A DNA stretch of 64,000 bases from a candidate division FCPU426 bacterium. GTDB taxonomy: Bacteria; Oederibacteriota; Muellerivitia; Muellerivitales; Muellerivitaceae. The notes below the pieces were generated by a model that had not been told where the DNA came from, did not search any database, and was given only the letters and a program-made list of their open reading frames with translations. The first letter of the stretch is position 1, and each line of letters begins with the position of its first letter. The stretch is taken from contig CAVYSE010000003.1 of assembly GCA_963771075.1 (NCBI GenBank), positions 96,001 through 160,000 on the forward strand, written 5' to 3'. Positions 9,234 to 21,421 of the stretch are shown piece by piece. The position numbers and the translations under genes are program-made.

Positions 9234-10506
9234 CATGTGTGTCTAAATTAGCCCGAACAAGAAAGGCCTAACCAACCCGGAGAAATATAATAAGTGGGTG
9301 CGAAACCCTTATTATTCCAGGAGGTCCGGCCTTGGCTCATTCTTCCACAATCCTTTCCCAGATGCTCAAGTTTTTTTCGAGACATGAATTTCAAAAGCTG
9401 GTTTTGAAGCACCAGGCCGAGTACCACGCAAGAGGCGTTACATCCTGGTCCCACTTTGTGGCTATGCTCTACGGCCAACTGGCCGGACAAGATGCGCTCC
9501 GGGGCATTGAAGCCGGGCTCGCCACACAAGGGAACAACCTCTATCACATGGGTGCCCAACCCGTCTCCCGACCCACCCTGTCCTACGCCAACGCCCATCG
9601 TCCCGCCAGCCTTTTTGAGGACTTGTTCTCCCTCATGCTGTCCAAATGTCAGACGGTGGCACCCCATCACAAGTTCAGGTTCAAGAATCCCCTCTATTCC
9701 CTGGACGCCTCCACCATCAGCCTTTGCTTGTCACTATTCGATTGGGCCATGTTCCGTAAAACCAAAGGAGCCGTCAAACTTCACGTGAAGTTCAACCACT
9801 CCGGCTACCTGCCCACCTTCCTACGTGTAACCACCGGCAAGCTGCATGAAAAGAAAATCCTTCCGCTGGTTCCCTTGGAAAAAGGCGATGTCCTAGTCAT
9901 GGATCGGGGTTACCTTGATTTCACCCTTCTCCAAAACCTCACAAAACAAGGCGTTTTCTTCGTCACTCGTCTCAAATCCAACTCGGCTTTCCGGGTGGTT
10001 GAACGCCATGAAAAAAAACACCCCAACATCCTGGCGGATCAAACCATCCGAATGATCGGCTTCAACACCCGCCGAAAATACCCTTACCCCCTGCGACGTG
10101 TAGTGGCGCGTGATCCCAAAACAAAAAAACGAGTCGTCTTAGTTACCAATCAGTTCCAATGGGCCGCTTCCACCATCGCCGCCGTCTACAAAGACCGTTG
10201 GCAGATCGAACTCTTTTTCAAAACCCTCAAGCAACAGCTCAAGGTTAAAAGCTTCGTGGGAACCTCCTTGAACGCCCTGCTGTCTCAATTGTGGACTGCC
10301 ATGATTGCTTACTTGATGCTCAGCTACATGAAATTCAAATCGAAATTCGCTTGGTCGCTTTATACCTTGAGCAGTATTCTGCCCACGAACCTTTTCAGCC
10401 GTAGAAACCTGTGGGATTGGCTAAACCAGCCTTTCAAAGCTACGTCGGAAGTCTTTCTGCTTACAAAACAAGCTGGTTTTGATTTCGGCTAATTCAGACA
10501 GCTATG
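9234..10506 (+). mobile_element. IS4 family insertion sequence
   Basis: TIRs CATGTGTGTCTAAATTAGCC / CATAGCTGTCTGAATTAGCC; 9-bp TSD ATATATTCT at 9225-9233 and 10507-10515. Confidence 0.95.
9332..10492 (+). CDS. IS4 family DDE transposase (DUF4372 N-terminus)
   Basis: LDASTI, MDRGY, YKDRWQIELFFK (YREK) motifs. Confidence 0.95.
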   Translation: MAHSSTILSQMLKFFSRHEFQKLVLKHQAEYHARGVTSWSHFVAMLYGQLAGQDALRGIEAGLATQGNNLYHMGAQPVSRPTLSYANAHRPASLFEDLFSLMLSKCQTVAPHHKFRFKNPLYSLDASTISLCLSLFDWAMFRKTKGAVKLHVKFNHSGYLPTFLRVTTGKLHEKKILPLVPLEKGDVLVMDRGYLDFTLLQNLTKQGVFFVTRLKSNSAFRVVERHEKKHPNILADQTIRMIGFNTRRKYPYPLRRVVARDPKTKKRVVLVTNQFQWAASTIAAVYKDRWQIELFFKTLKQQLKVKSFVGTSLNALLSQLWTAMIAYLMLSYMKFKSKFAWSLYTLSSILPTNLFSRRNLWDWLNQPFKATSEVFLLTKQAGFDFG

Positions 10507-10687
10507 ATATATTCTATTTGAATATCTATACCTTTTTTTATTGGTTTATTCATATTAGAAAATCGAAAAATAATTTCGTATAGAGTAATGATATTTGTAG
10601 TGTCCACTAAATATCTTCTAGCATTTTGGGGTGAGCACGAGTAGATATTCAGACAAGCACAAGCCAAACTAAAAACCAGCTTTTAGC

Positions 10688-12587
10688 TTAAGCCCTCGGG
10701 TTGGCCTGCCCAGAACGACCAGCAGGTGTCGAACCGGCCTGTTCCATGGCCTGACGAAGCGAAGACTTGGCCGTTTGTTTCTCCGACTTCATGCGCTCGT
10801 TATTGTTCAAAATCTTTTTGCGCATGCGCAGGTTCAGGGGCGTGACTTCCAAAAGTTCGTCGTCCTGGATGTATTCCAGGCATTGCTCCAGCGAGAAAAT
10901 CGTCGGCGGCTCCATGGTCAAGGCCTCGTCGGAGGACTTGCTCCGCATGTTGCTCAAATGCTTGGTTTTGCAGGGGTTCACCGCGATATCATTCTCGCGC
11001 GTATGTTCGCCCACGATCATGCCCTCATAGACTTCCAAGCGGGGGTGGATGAAAAACTTTCCCCGGTCGGCCAATTGGAACATGCCATAGGCCGCCGTGA
11101 CGCCCGCCTCAAAAGCCACCAGAACGCCCCGGCTTCTGCCCCCGATATCGCCCTTGTACTCGCCGTAGCCGGAGAAGACATGGTGAAGAACGCCTTCACC
11201 CTTGGTGTCGGTCATGAACTCGGTTCGGAAACCCAGCAGACAGCGGGAAGGGATCAAAAACTCGATGCGGGTCGCCACTTCGGAAAGGGGCGCCATGTTC
11301 TTCATCTCACCCTTGCGGGCCCCCAGTTTTTCCATCGCGATGCCCACGCAATTGTTAGGAACGTCGACGATCAAATGCTCATAAGGTTCCTCGAGTTTTC
11401 CCTCTTTCATCTTGAAAATGACCTGGGGTCGTGGAAACCTGGAACTCGAATCCCTCACGGCGCATGGTCTCGATCAGGATGCCCAAATGCAGTTCGCCCC
11501 GGCCCGCGACCTGGTAGGCGTCCGGACTTTCCGTATCGCTGATTTTCAAGGTCGGGTTGGCTTCGGCTTCTTTATATAAACGGTCCCGCAAGTGGCGGGA
11601 AGTGACGAATTTTCCTTCCTTGCCGGCGAAGGGGCTGTTGTTGACGGAAAAAACCATGGACATGGTGGGTTCGTCGATGGCGATGGAGGGCAAAGGGGTT
11701 GGATCGTCGCTGGAAGCCACCGTTTCCCCGATCTGCACGTCTTCCAAACCGGCCAGGAGGATGATATCGCCCGCCATGGCTTCCGGGCACTCGACCTGTT
11801 TGATGCCGCTGTACGTAAAAAGCTTGGTGGCGTTGCTGGTGACCTTCCGGCCGTCCAGCTTGATGAGGGTGATGGGGTCGTTGAGCTTGATCTTGCCCCG
11901 GGCGATGCGGCCCACGGCCATACGGCCCAGGTATTCATTATAGGAAGTCGTGGTGACCAGCATCTGGAAAGGCGATGTGACATCCACTTCCAAGGGTTTG
12001 AAATGCTTCACGATGGTTTCAAAAAGGGGCTTCAGGTCCGTACCGGGCACATCCAGGCTCAACGAGGCCTTGCCCTCCCGGGCGATGGCGTAAAGGACTG
12101 GATAGCTGATCTGGTGCTCATTGGCGCCCAGGGCGATGAAGAGGTCCAGCACGGCGTCCACCACTTCGTGGGGCCGGGCGTCCTTCCGGTCGATCTTGTT
12201 GATGACCACGATGGGGTCCAGGTTTTGTTCCAGGCTCTTGCGCAGGACGAACTTGGTCTGGGGCAGGGGGCCTTCGGCGGCGTCCACCAACAGCAAAACC
12301 CCGTCCACCATGGAAAGAATGCGCTCCACTTCCCCGCCGAAATCGGCGTGGCCCGGCGTATCCACGATGTTGATGCGCACCCCGTTCCAGACGACCGAGG
12401 CGTTCTTGGAGAAAATGGTGATGCCGCGTTCTTTTTCCAGGTCGTTGGAATCCATGACCCGCTCTTCCATGTGCTCATTGGCCCGAAACACGCCGGATTG
12501 CCGGAACAAAGCGTCCACGAGCGTGGTTTTGCCATGGTCGACATGGGCGATGATGGCGATATTTCGTAAATCTTCCCTACGAGTCAT
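10688..12587 (-). CDS. typA: translational GTPase TypA/BipA, one frameshift near 11430
   Basis: [31 protein letters not shown]; removing one base restores EFQVSRPQVIFK. Confidence 0.95.
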
Positions 12588-12734
12588 GAAGCTAACCTCT
12601 TTGAACCGCTGTTTTTCGGTTTATTTTTTGGCTGTTCGTTGACGAAACTTGCGCGTTAAAAACAACGAAATCCGCCTTTGGGGAGGCGAGAGTATACAGA
12701 AAAGGGGTCAGAATGGAAAGGAGTTAAGATTCTT

Positions 12735-13064
12735 GGCAGTGTCTCAGTTTTAAAGGGATATTAAATTAAGTCGTCATTGCGAGGGTCAGCCCCAACCCTT
12801 CGACTTTGCTCACGGCCCTGAGGCTCTCGAAGGGTCGGGGAGGCATGAACAAGGCATGTAGTAGGTTGTACACCTTGAACCTACGACAAAACCTGAGATT
12901 CCCACGTCGCATACCGCTTTTCTACCTGATGTTTATTGAATGCGGTATTGCCCAGTCTTCCGTTGCCCTAAAGGGCAACGGGGGCAAATCGTACTGATCT
13001 CCTAATTTCAAGGATATGGAAATCAGCACTGCTCCTCGGAATGACTTCAAACTGAGACACTACC
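12735..13064. mobile_element. MITE copy A (GGTAGTGTCTCAGTTT-type TIRs, 8-bp TSD)
   Basis: TIRs at both ends; flanks AGATTCTT / CGATTCTT; inverted homologue at 23352-23641. Confidence 0.85.
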
Positions 13065-13877
13065 CGATTCTTGGGTTTTTCCCAAAAACCCCAATAAGAC
13101 TCTGCGAAAACCATCCGGGTTGTCCACGAAAACCCCGTGACCGGCCTTTTCAACCCCCACAAGCCGGCCCTGACGGATCAATTTTTCAATTTTGTCCGCT
13201 TCCTCCGGCGAAACATACGCGCTCTCCAGGCCCTTCATGAAAAGCACCGGGCATTGAACCTTTTCCAGCCAAGGGGAGTAATCCACGGCCCTTCCCCATT
13301 TTTGCGTTTCCACAATAGCGGGGATGGAGAAGACCCAATCCCATTTCCCATTTTCTTTTTTCTCGAACTGGGTCTTTTCATGGGCGATCTTTCTTTCCCG
13401 GCCGGGAAAGAGAATTTCGAGGAACCGATCCAAGCTGGGCTCATCGTCAAAAGGCGCGGGATATCGGGCGAACTCTTCCACATGTTTCTTCCAACGGTCG
13501 GGCGCGGGCATAAGGGTTTGGTCGATGATGGTTAGGCTGAGGGCCATGCCGGGGTACAGACCCGCGAAAACCAGGGCGTTCCGTCCCCCCGTGGAGTGGC
13601 CCACGATGTGGGCTTGGGGGATTAACAGTTCATTTAGGATTGCGGCCAAATCCTGGGCGTGGTCCTCGGGCGTGTAACCCCTTTCCGGCTTGTCGCTCTT
13701 CCCGTGGCCCCTCATGTCCGGCGCCCAGACCCGGAAGCCTTCGCTTGAAAGCCATTGGGCGGTTTCCTTCCAAGTGAAACAGCGGGACGTAAGACCGTGG
13801 AGAAGCAAAACCACGGGTCCCGCCTTGCCCCAGGTCTCGTAATAAAACTTGCCGCGTGGCGTCAGGGTGAATGGCAT
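13047..13877 (-). CDS. alpha/beta fold hydrolase
   Basis: LLHG, DMRGHGKS, GHSTGG nucleophile motif, AGH. Confidence 0.92.
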   Translation of the reverse strand: MPFTLTPRGKFYYETWGKAGPVVLLLHGLTSRCFTWKETAQWLSSEGFRVWAPDMRGHGKSDKPERGYTPEDHAQDLAAILNELLIPQAHIVGHSTGGRNALVFAGLYPGMALSLTIIDQTLMPAPDRWKKHVEEFARYPAPFDDEPSLDRFLEILFPGRERKIAHEKTQFEKKENGKWDWVFSIPAIVETQKWGRAVDYSPWLEKVQCPVLFMKGLESAYVSPEEADKIEKLIRQGRLVGVEKAGHGVFVDNPDGFRRVLLGFLGKTQESGSVSV

Positions 13878-13980
13878 GTCGAACCTTTGATCCCGATTGA
13901 TGCCGGACAGTTTATTTCATCCCGCCCGTTCTTTCTATTTTTCCCCATCGCCCCTAAAATGCGCAGCCATGAGGAAAGCC

Positions 13981-15195
13981 ATGGCAAAACACGACCCCTA
14001 CGCGGCCTTCCGGTTCACCAACTACCGTTATTATTCCCTTGGCAGCTTCCTGTCCGTGGCGGGCCAGCAGATGCTTCGCCTGGCGGTCAACCTGGAAGTA
14101 TACCGCCTGACCCATTCCGTGATGGCGTCCGGCCTGATCGGCCTTTTCATCTGGATACCCATATTCCTCTTCATGCTTCCCGGCGGAATGATGGCGGACC
14201 GTTACAACCGCAAGGCGCTGGTGTTGGCCTGCAACCTATTATTCGCCCTATGCGCCGTGGGCCTGGCGGTGGCCGACCGTTTTCCCCAGCCGGTCACCCT
14301 GATCTTCGCGATCCTCTTCTTCATCGGGCTCGCCCGGGCCTTCAGCGACCCGCCCAAGAACGCACTCTTGCCCGAACTGGTGCCGGCGAAGCATTTTTCC
14401 AACGCCATCGCGTGGAACAGCAACATATTCCAGGTCGCATCCCAGCTCGGGCCAGCCTTGGGGGGAATGCTTTATAACTCCATCGGATTCGCGGGGGTCT
14501 GCTGGATCGACGCTTCCATCGAGGCCGCTTTCTTCCTGTTCATCCTCTCGGTCAAGCAATCCATCCGTTACAAAAGCGAACCCATCAGCCTTAAATCGCT
14601 CCTGGAAGGCTTGAAGTTCGTGCGGGATACCAAGCTCATATTGGCCACCATCACCATGGATCTTTTCGCGGTCATCCTGGGCGGGGCGACCGCCCTCTTC
14701 CCCGCCTTCGACGACAAGGTGCTCCATTGCGGGCCCGCCGGAGTGGGGTGGCTTCAATCGGCCATCGCCATGGGGGCCTTCACTACTTCTTTCCTGGTTG
14801 CCCATATACCCCTCAAAAAGGCCGGCCAAACCCTGCTTTGGGCCGTGGCGGGTTTCGGCGTCGTTACCATCCTCTTCGGGTTATCCCACTGGTACTGGTT
14901 GTCCTTCGCCATGATGTTCCTGGCCGGGGCCTTCGACAATATCAGCGTACTGGTCCGCCACACGCTGGCCCAGGTGCTCACCCCCCATTCCATGCGGGGC
15001 CGCATCAATTCGGTAAGCTATATCTTTATCCACTCATCCAACGAACTGGGCGGGTTCGAGTCCGGCGCGGTGGCGGCCCTGGTGGGTTTGGTGCCCTCGG
15101 TCATCATCGGCGGGATCGGGAGTCTTTTGGTGGTATGGGCGGTCAACAAGGTCTGGCCCGAGGTGGCGAAAATCAAGAAGCTCTCAAACCCTTAA
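13981..15195 (+). CDS. MFS transporter
   Basis: About 12 hydrophobic segments, GMMADRYNRK motif A. Confidence 0.92.
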   Translation: MAKHDPYAAFRFTNYRYYSLGSFLSVAGQQMLRLAVNLEVYRLTHSVMASGLIGLFIWIPIFLFMLPGGMMADRYNRKALVLACNLLFALCAVGLAVADRFPQPVTLIFAILFFIGLARAFSDPPKNALLPELVPAKHFSNAIAWNSNIFQVASQLGPALGGMLYNSIGFAGVCWIDASIEAAFFLFILSVKQSIRYKSEPISLKSLLEGLKFVRDTKLILATITMDLFAVILGGATALFPAFDDKVLHCGPAGVGWLQSAIAMGAFTTSFLVAHIPLKKAGQTLLWAVAGFGVVTILFGLSHWYWLSFAMMFLAGAFDNISVLVRHTLAQVLTPHSMRGRINSVSYIFIHSSNELGGFESGAVAALVGLVPSVIIGGIGSLLVVWAVNKVWPEVAKIKKLSNP

Positions 15196-15370
15196 CACCC
15201 TATTCACCGCCAAGAACGCCAAGAACACCTAAACCATAAAGGGATTTGATTTTCGACCCAATATTTACCACAGATAGCTAGACTATACCGACCTCCTTAT
15301 GGGTTTATGGAAGGTCGGCATGTGGCCGCCAAAGGCGGCCTGTGGTGAAATTAGATTTTGTTGTAGTCTT

Positions 15371-16741
15371 TTAGCCTTTTCCCAGTTGCCAGCGGAGGGC
15401 GGAAACCAAATTCGGGTATAAAAACTCAAATCCCGCCTTTTGCAGTTTGGCGGGCTGGACCCTCTGGCCTTCCAACAACAGCGCCTCCCCCATTTCCCCG
15501 AAAAGCATCTTCACCACGAACCCCGGAAGGGGCGCGATCGTGGGGCGACGGAGGACCTTGCCCAACACCTTGGTAAATTCCCGGTTCGTGACCGACTCAG
15601 GAGCTGTGGCGTTCACGGGGCCGTCAAGGTCTTTCCGGTAAAGCAATTCGTGAAAGATGCCGACCAGGTCCTCTAAGGCGATCCAGCTCATCCATTGTTC
15701 ACCGGAGCCGATGACGCCGCCTGCCCCCATCAAAAAGGGCGGTAGCATCCTGGGAAGCGCCCCGCCGGAAAGGGACAAAACGATGCCGGTACGCACGTGA
15801 CAGACCCGGATATTCTGCCAACGGGCCGGGTCTGCCGCCCTTTCCCATTCTTGGCAGGAATCGGGGAGAAATCCCCGGCCCGACGGGCTTTCTTCCGTTA
15901 ACACCTCATCCCCCCGGTTCCCATAAAAGCCGATGGCCGAGGCCACGATAAAAACCTTCGGTTTGTCCTTGAGTTTAGCCAAGGTCTCCGCGAGGAACCT
16001 CGTGCTTTGCACCCGGCTTTCCCGGATGGCGTCCTTTCGCTCCGGGGTCCACCGGGATGAGCCGATATTCTCCCCGCCCAGATGGATGACCGCGTCCATG
16101 CCTTCCAATGCGTTTGGATCAATTTCCCTTTTTATCGGGTCCCATTGGATTTCCCCCTTGAGGGGATCGGGCGCCCGGCGCACGAGTGTTTTCACCTCAT
16201 GCCCCGCGCATTGAAGAAAACATTTCAACTCGCTCCCCACCATGCCTGAGGCCCCCGCCAGGACGACCTTCAGGGGTTTTTCTTTTATATAGGGATAGAG
16301 CCTTTTTAAATCCTGCGAGGTTCTCGTATGTCGAAATTGAAAGAGCCGGTCCAACTTCCGCTTCATCCAATTCCCCGCCACCAGGTTCCCCAAAGGGCCC
16401 AGGGGAAGGGCGTAATCCACCTGATCCGAAAGGTGGCTGGCTTCGACGTAGAGGGGCTTGAACCCGTGGGTATGGACCCACTTCGCGAAGGGGCCCTTGG
16501 TCTGTTTATCCCTGAATTGCCGTCCCGGGATAAAGTCATAATGAACCGCTTCCCACCTTTGCCGGAAGGGTCCCACCTCGAGGACCACCTTTCCCCCTTC
16601 TTCAAAACCACCGCTTTTTTCGACCAGCCTCGCCCTTTCAAATGGCGGGGTCAGACGCACCAGCGCCTGGGGCCGACTATACCAGTTGAACAGAGCCTCC
16701 ACGGGGACCGGTATTTCGGAAGTTTTTTCGAACAAGGGCAT
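15371..16741 (-). CDS. TIGR01777 family oxidoreductase with N-terminal SRPBCC domain
   Basis: GPFAKWVHTH; GASGMVG Rossmann motif; ASAIGFYG; LLEGQRVQP. Confidence 0.92.
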   Translation of the reverse strand: MPLFEKTSEIPVPVEALFNWYSRPQALVRLTPPFERARLVEKSGGFEEGGKVVLEVGPFRQRWEAVHYDFIPGRQFRDKQTKGPFAKWVHTHGFKPLYVEASHLSDQVDYALPLGPLGNLVAGNWMKRKLDRLFQFRHTRTSQDLKRLYPYIKEKPLKVVLAGASGMVGSELKCFLQCAGHEVKTLVRRAPDPLKGEIQWDPIKREIDPNALEGMDAVIHLGGENIGSSRWTPERKDAIRESRVQSTRFLAETLAKLKDKPKVFIVASAIGFYGNRGDEVLTEESPSGRGFLPDSCQEWERAADPARWQNIRVCHVRTGIVLSLSGGALPRMLPPFLMGAGGVIGSGEQWMSWIALEDLVGIFHELLYRKDLDGPVNATAPESVTNREFTKVLGKVLRRPTIAPLPGFVVKMLFGEMGEALLLEGQRVQPAKLQKAGFEFLYPNLVSALRWQLGKG

Positions 16742-16933
16742 GAAAAGCCTCACGCAAGAAATGTTACCCATTGGAAGATAGGCTCTAGGCCCAAGGATTA
16801 TCAAGCTTCCACGATTTAAATCGACCCCAACAACCTTATTTTTCATCGTTATTCAAGCCGGGAACCTGTTTGCAACTTTCTAATTCCTCCGTTCGTCTTA
16901 TTTAACGAAGTTTAATAACCCAAGGAGAAGAAA

Positions 16934-17266
16934 ATGAGAAAGTTAATCGTTGTGTTATGCGGTTTGTTTTTCATCGGCGCGACCGGATTGGCCCTGGCGC
17001 AAGACGCGAATGGCAAGAACCCCGCGATGAGCCCCAAGGCCCGCCTGAAGAGGCAGCACAAGCGCATTGCGAACGGCGTGAAGAGCGGCAAGATCAGCAA
17101 GGCCCAGCACAAGCAATTGGCCCAGGAAGGCAAGGACATCAACCAAGAACGCAAAGCGGATTTAGCGGCTAATGGCGGAAAGATGGACAAGTCGGACCGC
17201 AAGTCCCTGGAATCCCAGGAGAACCTCCGTTCCGAGCAGATCAAGCAGGACAAGACCGGACAGTAA
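16934..17266 (+). CDS. small secreted helical protein
   Basis: Signal peptide ALA; RIANGVKSGKIS motif; AAGGAG RBS; terminator follows. Confidence 0.8.
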   Translation: MRKLIVVLCGLFFIGATGLALAQDANGKNPAMSPKARLKRQHKRIANGVKSGKISKAQHKQLAQEGKDINQERKADLAANGGKMDKSDRKSLESQENLRSEQIKQDKTGQ

Positions 17267-17284
17267 ACTTCAACCAGTCGAAAT

Positions 17285-17322
17285 AAAAAAAAGGGCGTGG
17301 GGTTTTCCCCTCGCCCTTTTTT
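17285..17322 (+). terminator. intrinsic (bidirectional-looking) terminator
   Basis: A-tract, AGGGCGTGGGG-TTTT-CCCCTCGCCCT stem-loop, T-tract. Confidence 0.8.
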
Positions 17323-17360
17323 ATTTTCAGAACTATGCATTGGCATAAATTAAAAACAAA

Positions 17361-17616
17361 CCCTCTCCCCTTGAGGGAGAGGGCATGCCGACCTTCCAAT
17401 TAGTTAGTTTTTATGGAGGTCGGTATGGTCCCATATGTCCTTTTTATATTCCCAAAAGGGAAATATGGGACAGGGTGAGGGGTGCTTTACCACGGGGTTC
17501 CCCCCTCATGCCGACATTCCATAAAACTTTTAAAGATGTCGGTATCGTACCGATCACCTTGATTTAATAAATAGAGGATCGGCACATCCCATCCTTCTCC
17601 CTCCAGGGGAGAAGGT
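17361..17616. repeat. mosaic of palindromic repeats (CCCTCTCCC and CATGCCGAC families)
   Basis: CCCTCTCCC..GGGAGAGGG; two CATGCCGAC..GTCGGTAT copies; GTCCCATAT..ATATGGGAC. Confidence 0.65.
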
Positions 17617-17793
17617 GAAAACCACAACAACTAAACCTTTCTTGAACGACTTTATGTCAAAGCCATAACCCCGTTTGTTTTAAGCACCCATCAACAAAAC
17701 CCCGCGATAACGTATTAGCCACAAAATGGATAATTCGAATCCCAACGTGTATAGTTTCAAAATCATATTCAACCGAAAACCAATACAAATGGG

Positions 17794-19647
<1,854 letters not shown>

Positions 19648-19713
19648 GAGAATCGGCCAACCCAAGCGGTGGGCCAGTCGAACTGTTCGAGTCCAACCCT
19701 GGGAATCTTATAA

Positions 19714-20020
19714 GGACTCGAACAGTGGGAAAGACCCATGACAGTGCGGAGCACTGAGGGTGCAGGGAGAATCCCTGCGAATTTGAAGGGTACATAGGGG
19801 TAATTCCCTATGAGCGCTTTGCGCAAAACGGGTTTTTTCCATGAACGGTTTTAAAGGGTACAACTTATTTCGCGATGTACTTCCCGATGTGGACCTGGTT
19901 GGCTGTGGCGCCCTGCACATATTCCAGGGCAAGTTTGGCCTTGGGGGTTTCCCCCGGCGCCAATTCCAGGTATTTCTGCCAGCATTCCACCGCCTTCTCC
20001 TTGTGGCCACGGTTCAGGTA
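19714..20020 (+). repeat. ~308-bp direct repeat, copy 1 (includes 3' fragment of the TPR gene)
   Basis: Aligns by eye to 22620-22928 with scattered substitutions. Confidence 0.9.
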
Positions 20021-20121
20021 AATTGCCGATCAGGGCTAATATCCCCATGAAAAACGAGGGTTTTCGCGGGAATCCAGGAAGAAGTTGCAGATTTTACCTG
20101 GCAGGTTAAAATTGCGATACC

Positions 20122-21282
20122 ATGAACTACCTGCCGCGCCTTTTTCCAAAATCAGAACATAGTTATTTTTTGTTCGGCCCCAGGGGCTCGGGCAAATCCA
20201 CTTGGCTTAAACACGCCTACCCAAGGGCGCTTTACATCGACTTGCTGGACCCCGTCCTCTTCAGGGATTTTTCATCCCATCCAGAGCGCTTAGGCGGGGC
20301 CATTGATAAAGCCGCGCTCCATGAGCCCGTGATCATCGATGAAATCCAAAAAGCGCCCGCGCTCCTGGATGCCGTGCACCAGTCCTTGGAAGGACATGGC
20401 CGGGGCCGGCAATTCATATTGACGGGTTCAAGCGCGCGGAAGCTTCGCCGGACCGGGGTGAACCTGCTGGGAGGCCGCCTCCTTTGGCGGCAGTTTCATC
20501 CGTATCTCGCCTCGGAATTGGGGCCGAAATTCGACCTGGACCGTTCCATGTCGATTGGGATGTTGCCGCTCGTGCGGGCCGCCAAGAACCCCGCGGAAAC
20601 CTTAAGGGCTTACGCCGCCCTCTATATTCACCAGGAAGTCAGGGAAGAGGCTTCCGTGCGGGATTTGGGGGCTTTTTCGCGCTTCTTGGAGGCGGTGTCC
20701 CTGAGCCATGGGGGCCAATTGAACCTCAGCGCCGCCGCCGCCGAATGTTCCGTCACCCGCCGCAGCGCCGAGGGATACATGGAGGTCTTGGAAGACATGA
20801 TGCTGTCCTTCAGGCTCAAGGTATTCGAGAAGCGCGCCCAACGCCAGTTGGCGGCCCATCCCAAGTTTTATTTCTTCGATTCCGGCGTTTACCAGGCGAT
20901 CCGGCCGCGCAATCCCCTTGACTCGGACAGCGAAATCGGCGGGGGCGTCTTGGAGGGGTTGGTGGCCCAGCATTTGAAGTCTTGGCTCTCGCACCGGGAG
21001 GGTAAAAACGAGCTTTTCTTTTGGCGAACGAGAACCGGGTTGGAGGTCGACTTTGTCGTTTTCGGGGAAGCGGGCCTCTGGGCCTTTGAGGTCAAGTCGG
21101 GGGCGGTTGGCCATTCCGGGGACGCAGCAGGTTTGAAGGCCTTCTTAAAGGATTACCCGGAAGCCAAGGCGGCGCTCCTTTCGCCCTCTCCCACGCGAAA
21201 AACGCTGGATGGAATCCCCTGGCTGGATGTGCGGGACTTTCTTTTGGGATTGATTCCCGGAAAGCCGCTTCCGTTCAATTAA
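20122..21282 (+). CDS. AAA+ ATPase, AAA_14 + DUF4143 type
   Basis: GPRGSGKS, IIDEIQ, LTGSSA, PKFYFFDSG, EVDFV..FEVK. Confidence 0.9.
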   Translation: MNYLPRLFPKSEHSYFLFGPRGSGKSTWLKHAYPRALYIDLLDPVLFRDFSSHPERLGGAIDKAALHEPVIIDEIQKAPALLDAVHQSLEGHGRGRQFILTGSSARKLRRTGVNLLGGRLLWRQFHPYLASELGPKFDLDRSMSIGMLPLVRAAKNPAETLRAYAALYIHQEVREEASVRDLGAFSRFLEAVSLSHGGQLNLSAAAAECSVTRRSAEGYMEVLEDMMLSFRLKVFEKRAQRQLAAHPKFYFFDSGVYQAIRPRNPLDSDSEIGGGVLEGLVAQHLKSWLSHREGKNELFFWRTRTGLEVDFVVFGEAGLWAFEVKSGAVGHSGDAAGLKAFLKDYPEAKAALLSPSPTRKTLDGIPWLDVRDFLLGLIPGKPLPFN

Positions 21283-21398
21283 GGGAGCCTCTATTTATTC
21301 ACCACTAAGGCACCAAGACACCAAGACACCAAGAAAACCTTTTTTTTGATACCGACAAAACCGAAAAAGCAATTATTAGAGGTGCCCTTAATACAAAT

Positions 21399-21420
21399 AT
21401 GGTATCATATATAATACCAT
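21399..21420 (+). promoter_or_regulatory. palindromic operator overlapping the -10 box; probable leaderless TA transcript
   Basis: ATGGTATCATATATAATACCAT is a near-perfect palindrome; TATAAT ends 6 nt before the GTG. Confidence 0.6.
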
Positions 21421-21421
21421 C

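Larger units (their letters stand above)
9005..10583 (+). pseudogene. AT-rich small membrane protein (~98 aa) interrupted by IS4
   Basis: Removing the IS and one TSD restores ..CMIFYIF-YLNIYTFFYWFIHIRKSKNNFV*; AGGAG RBS. Confidence 0.75.
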
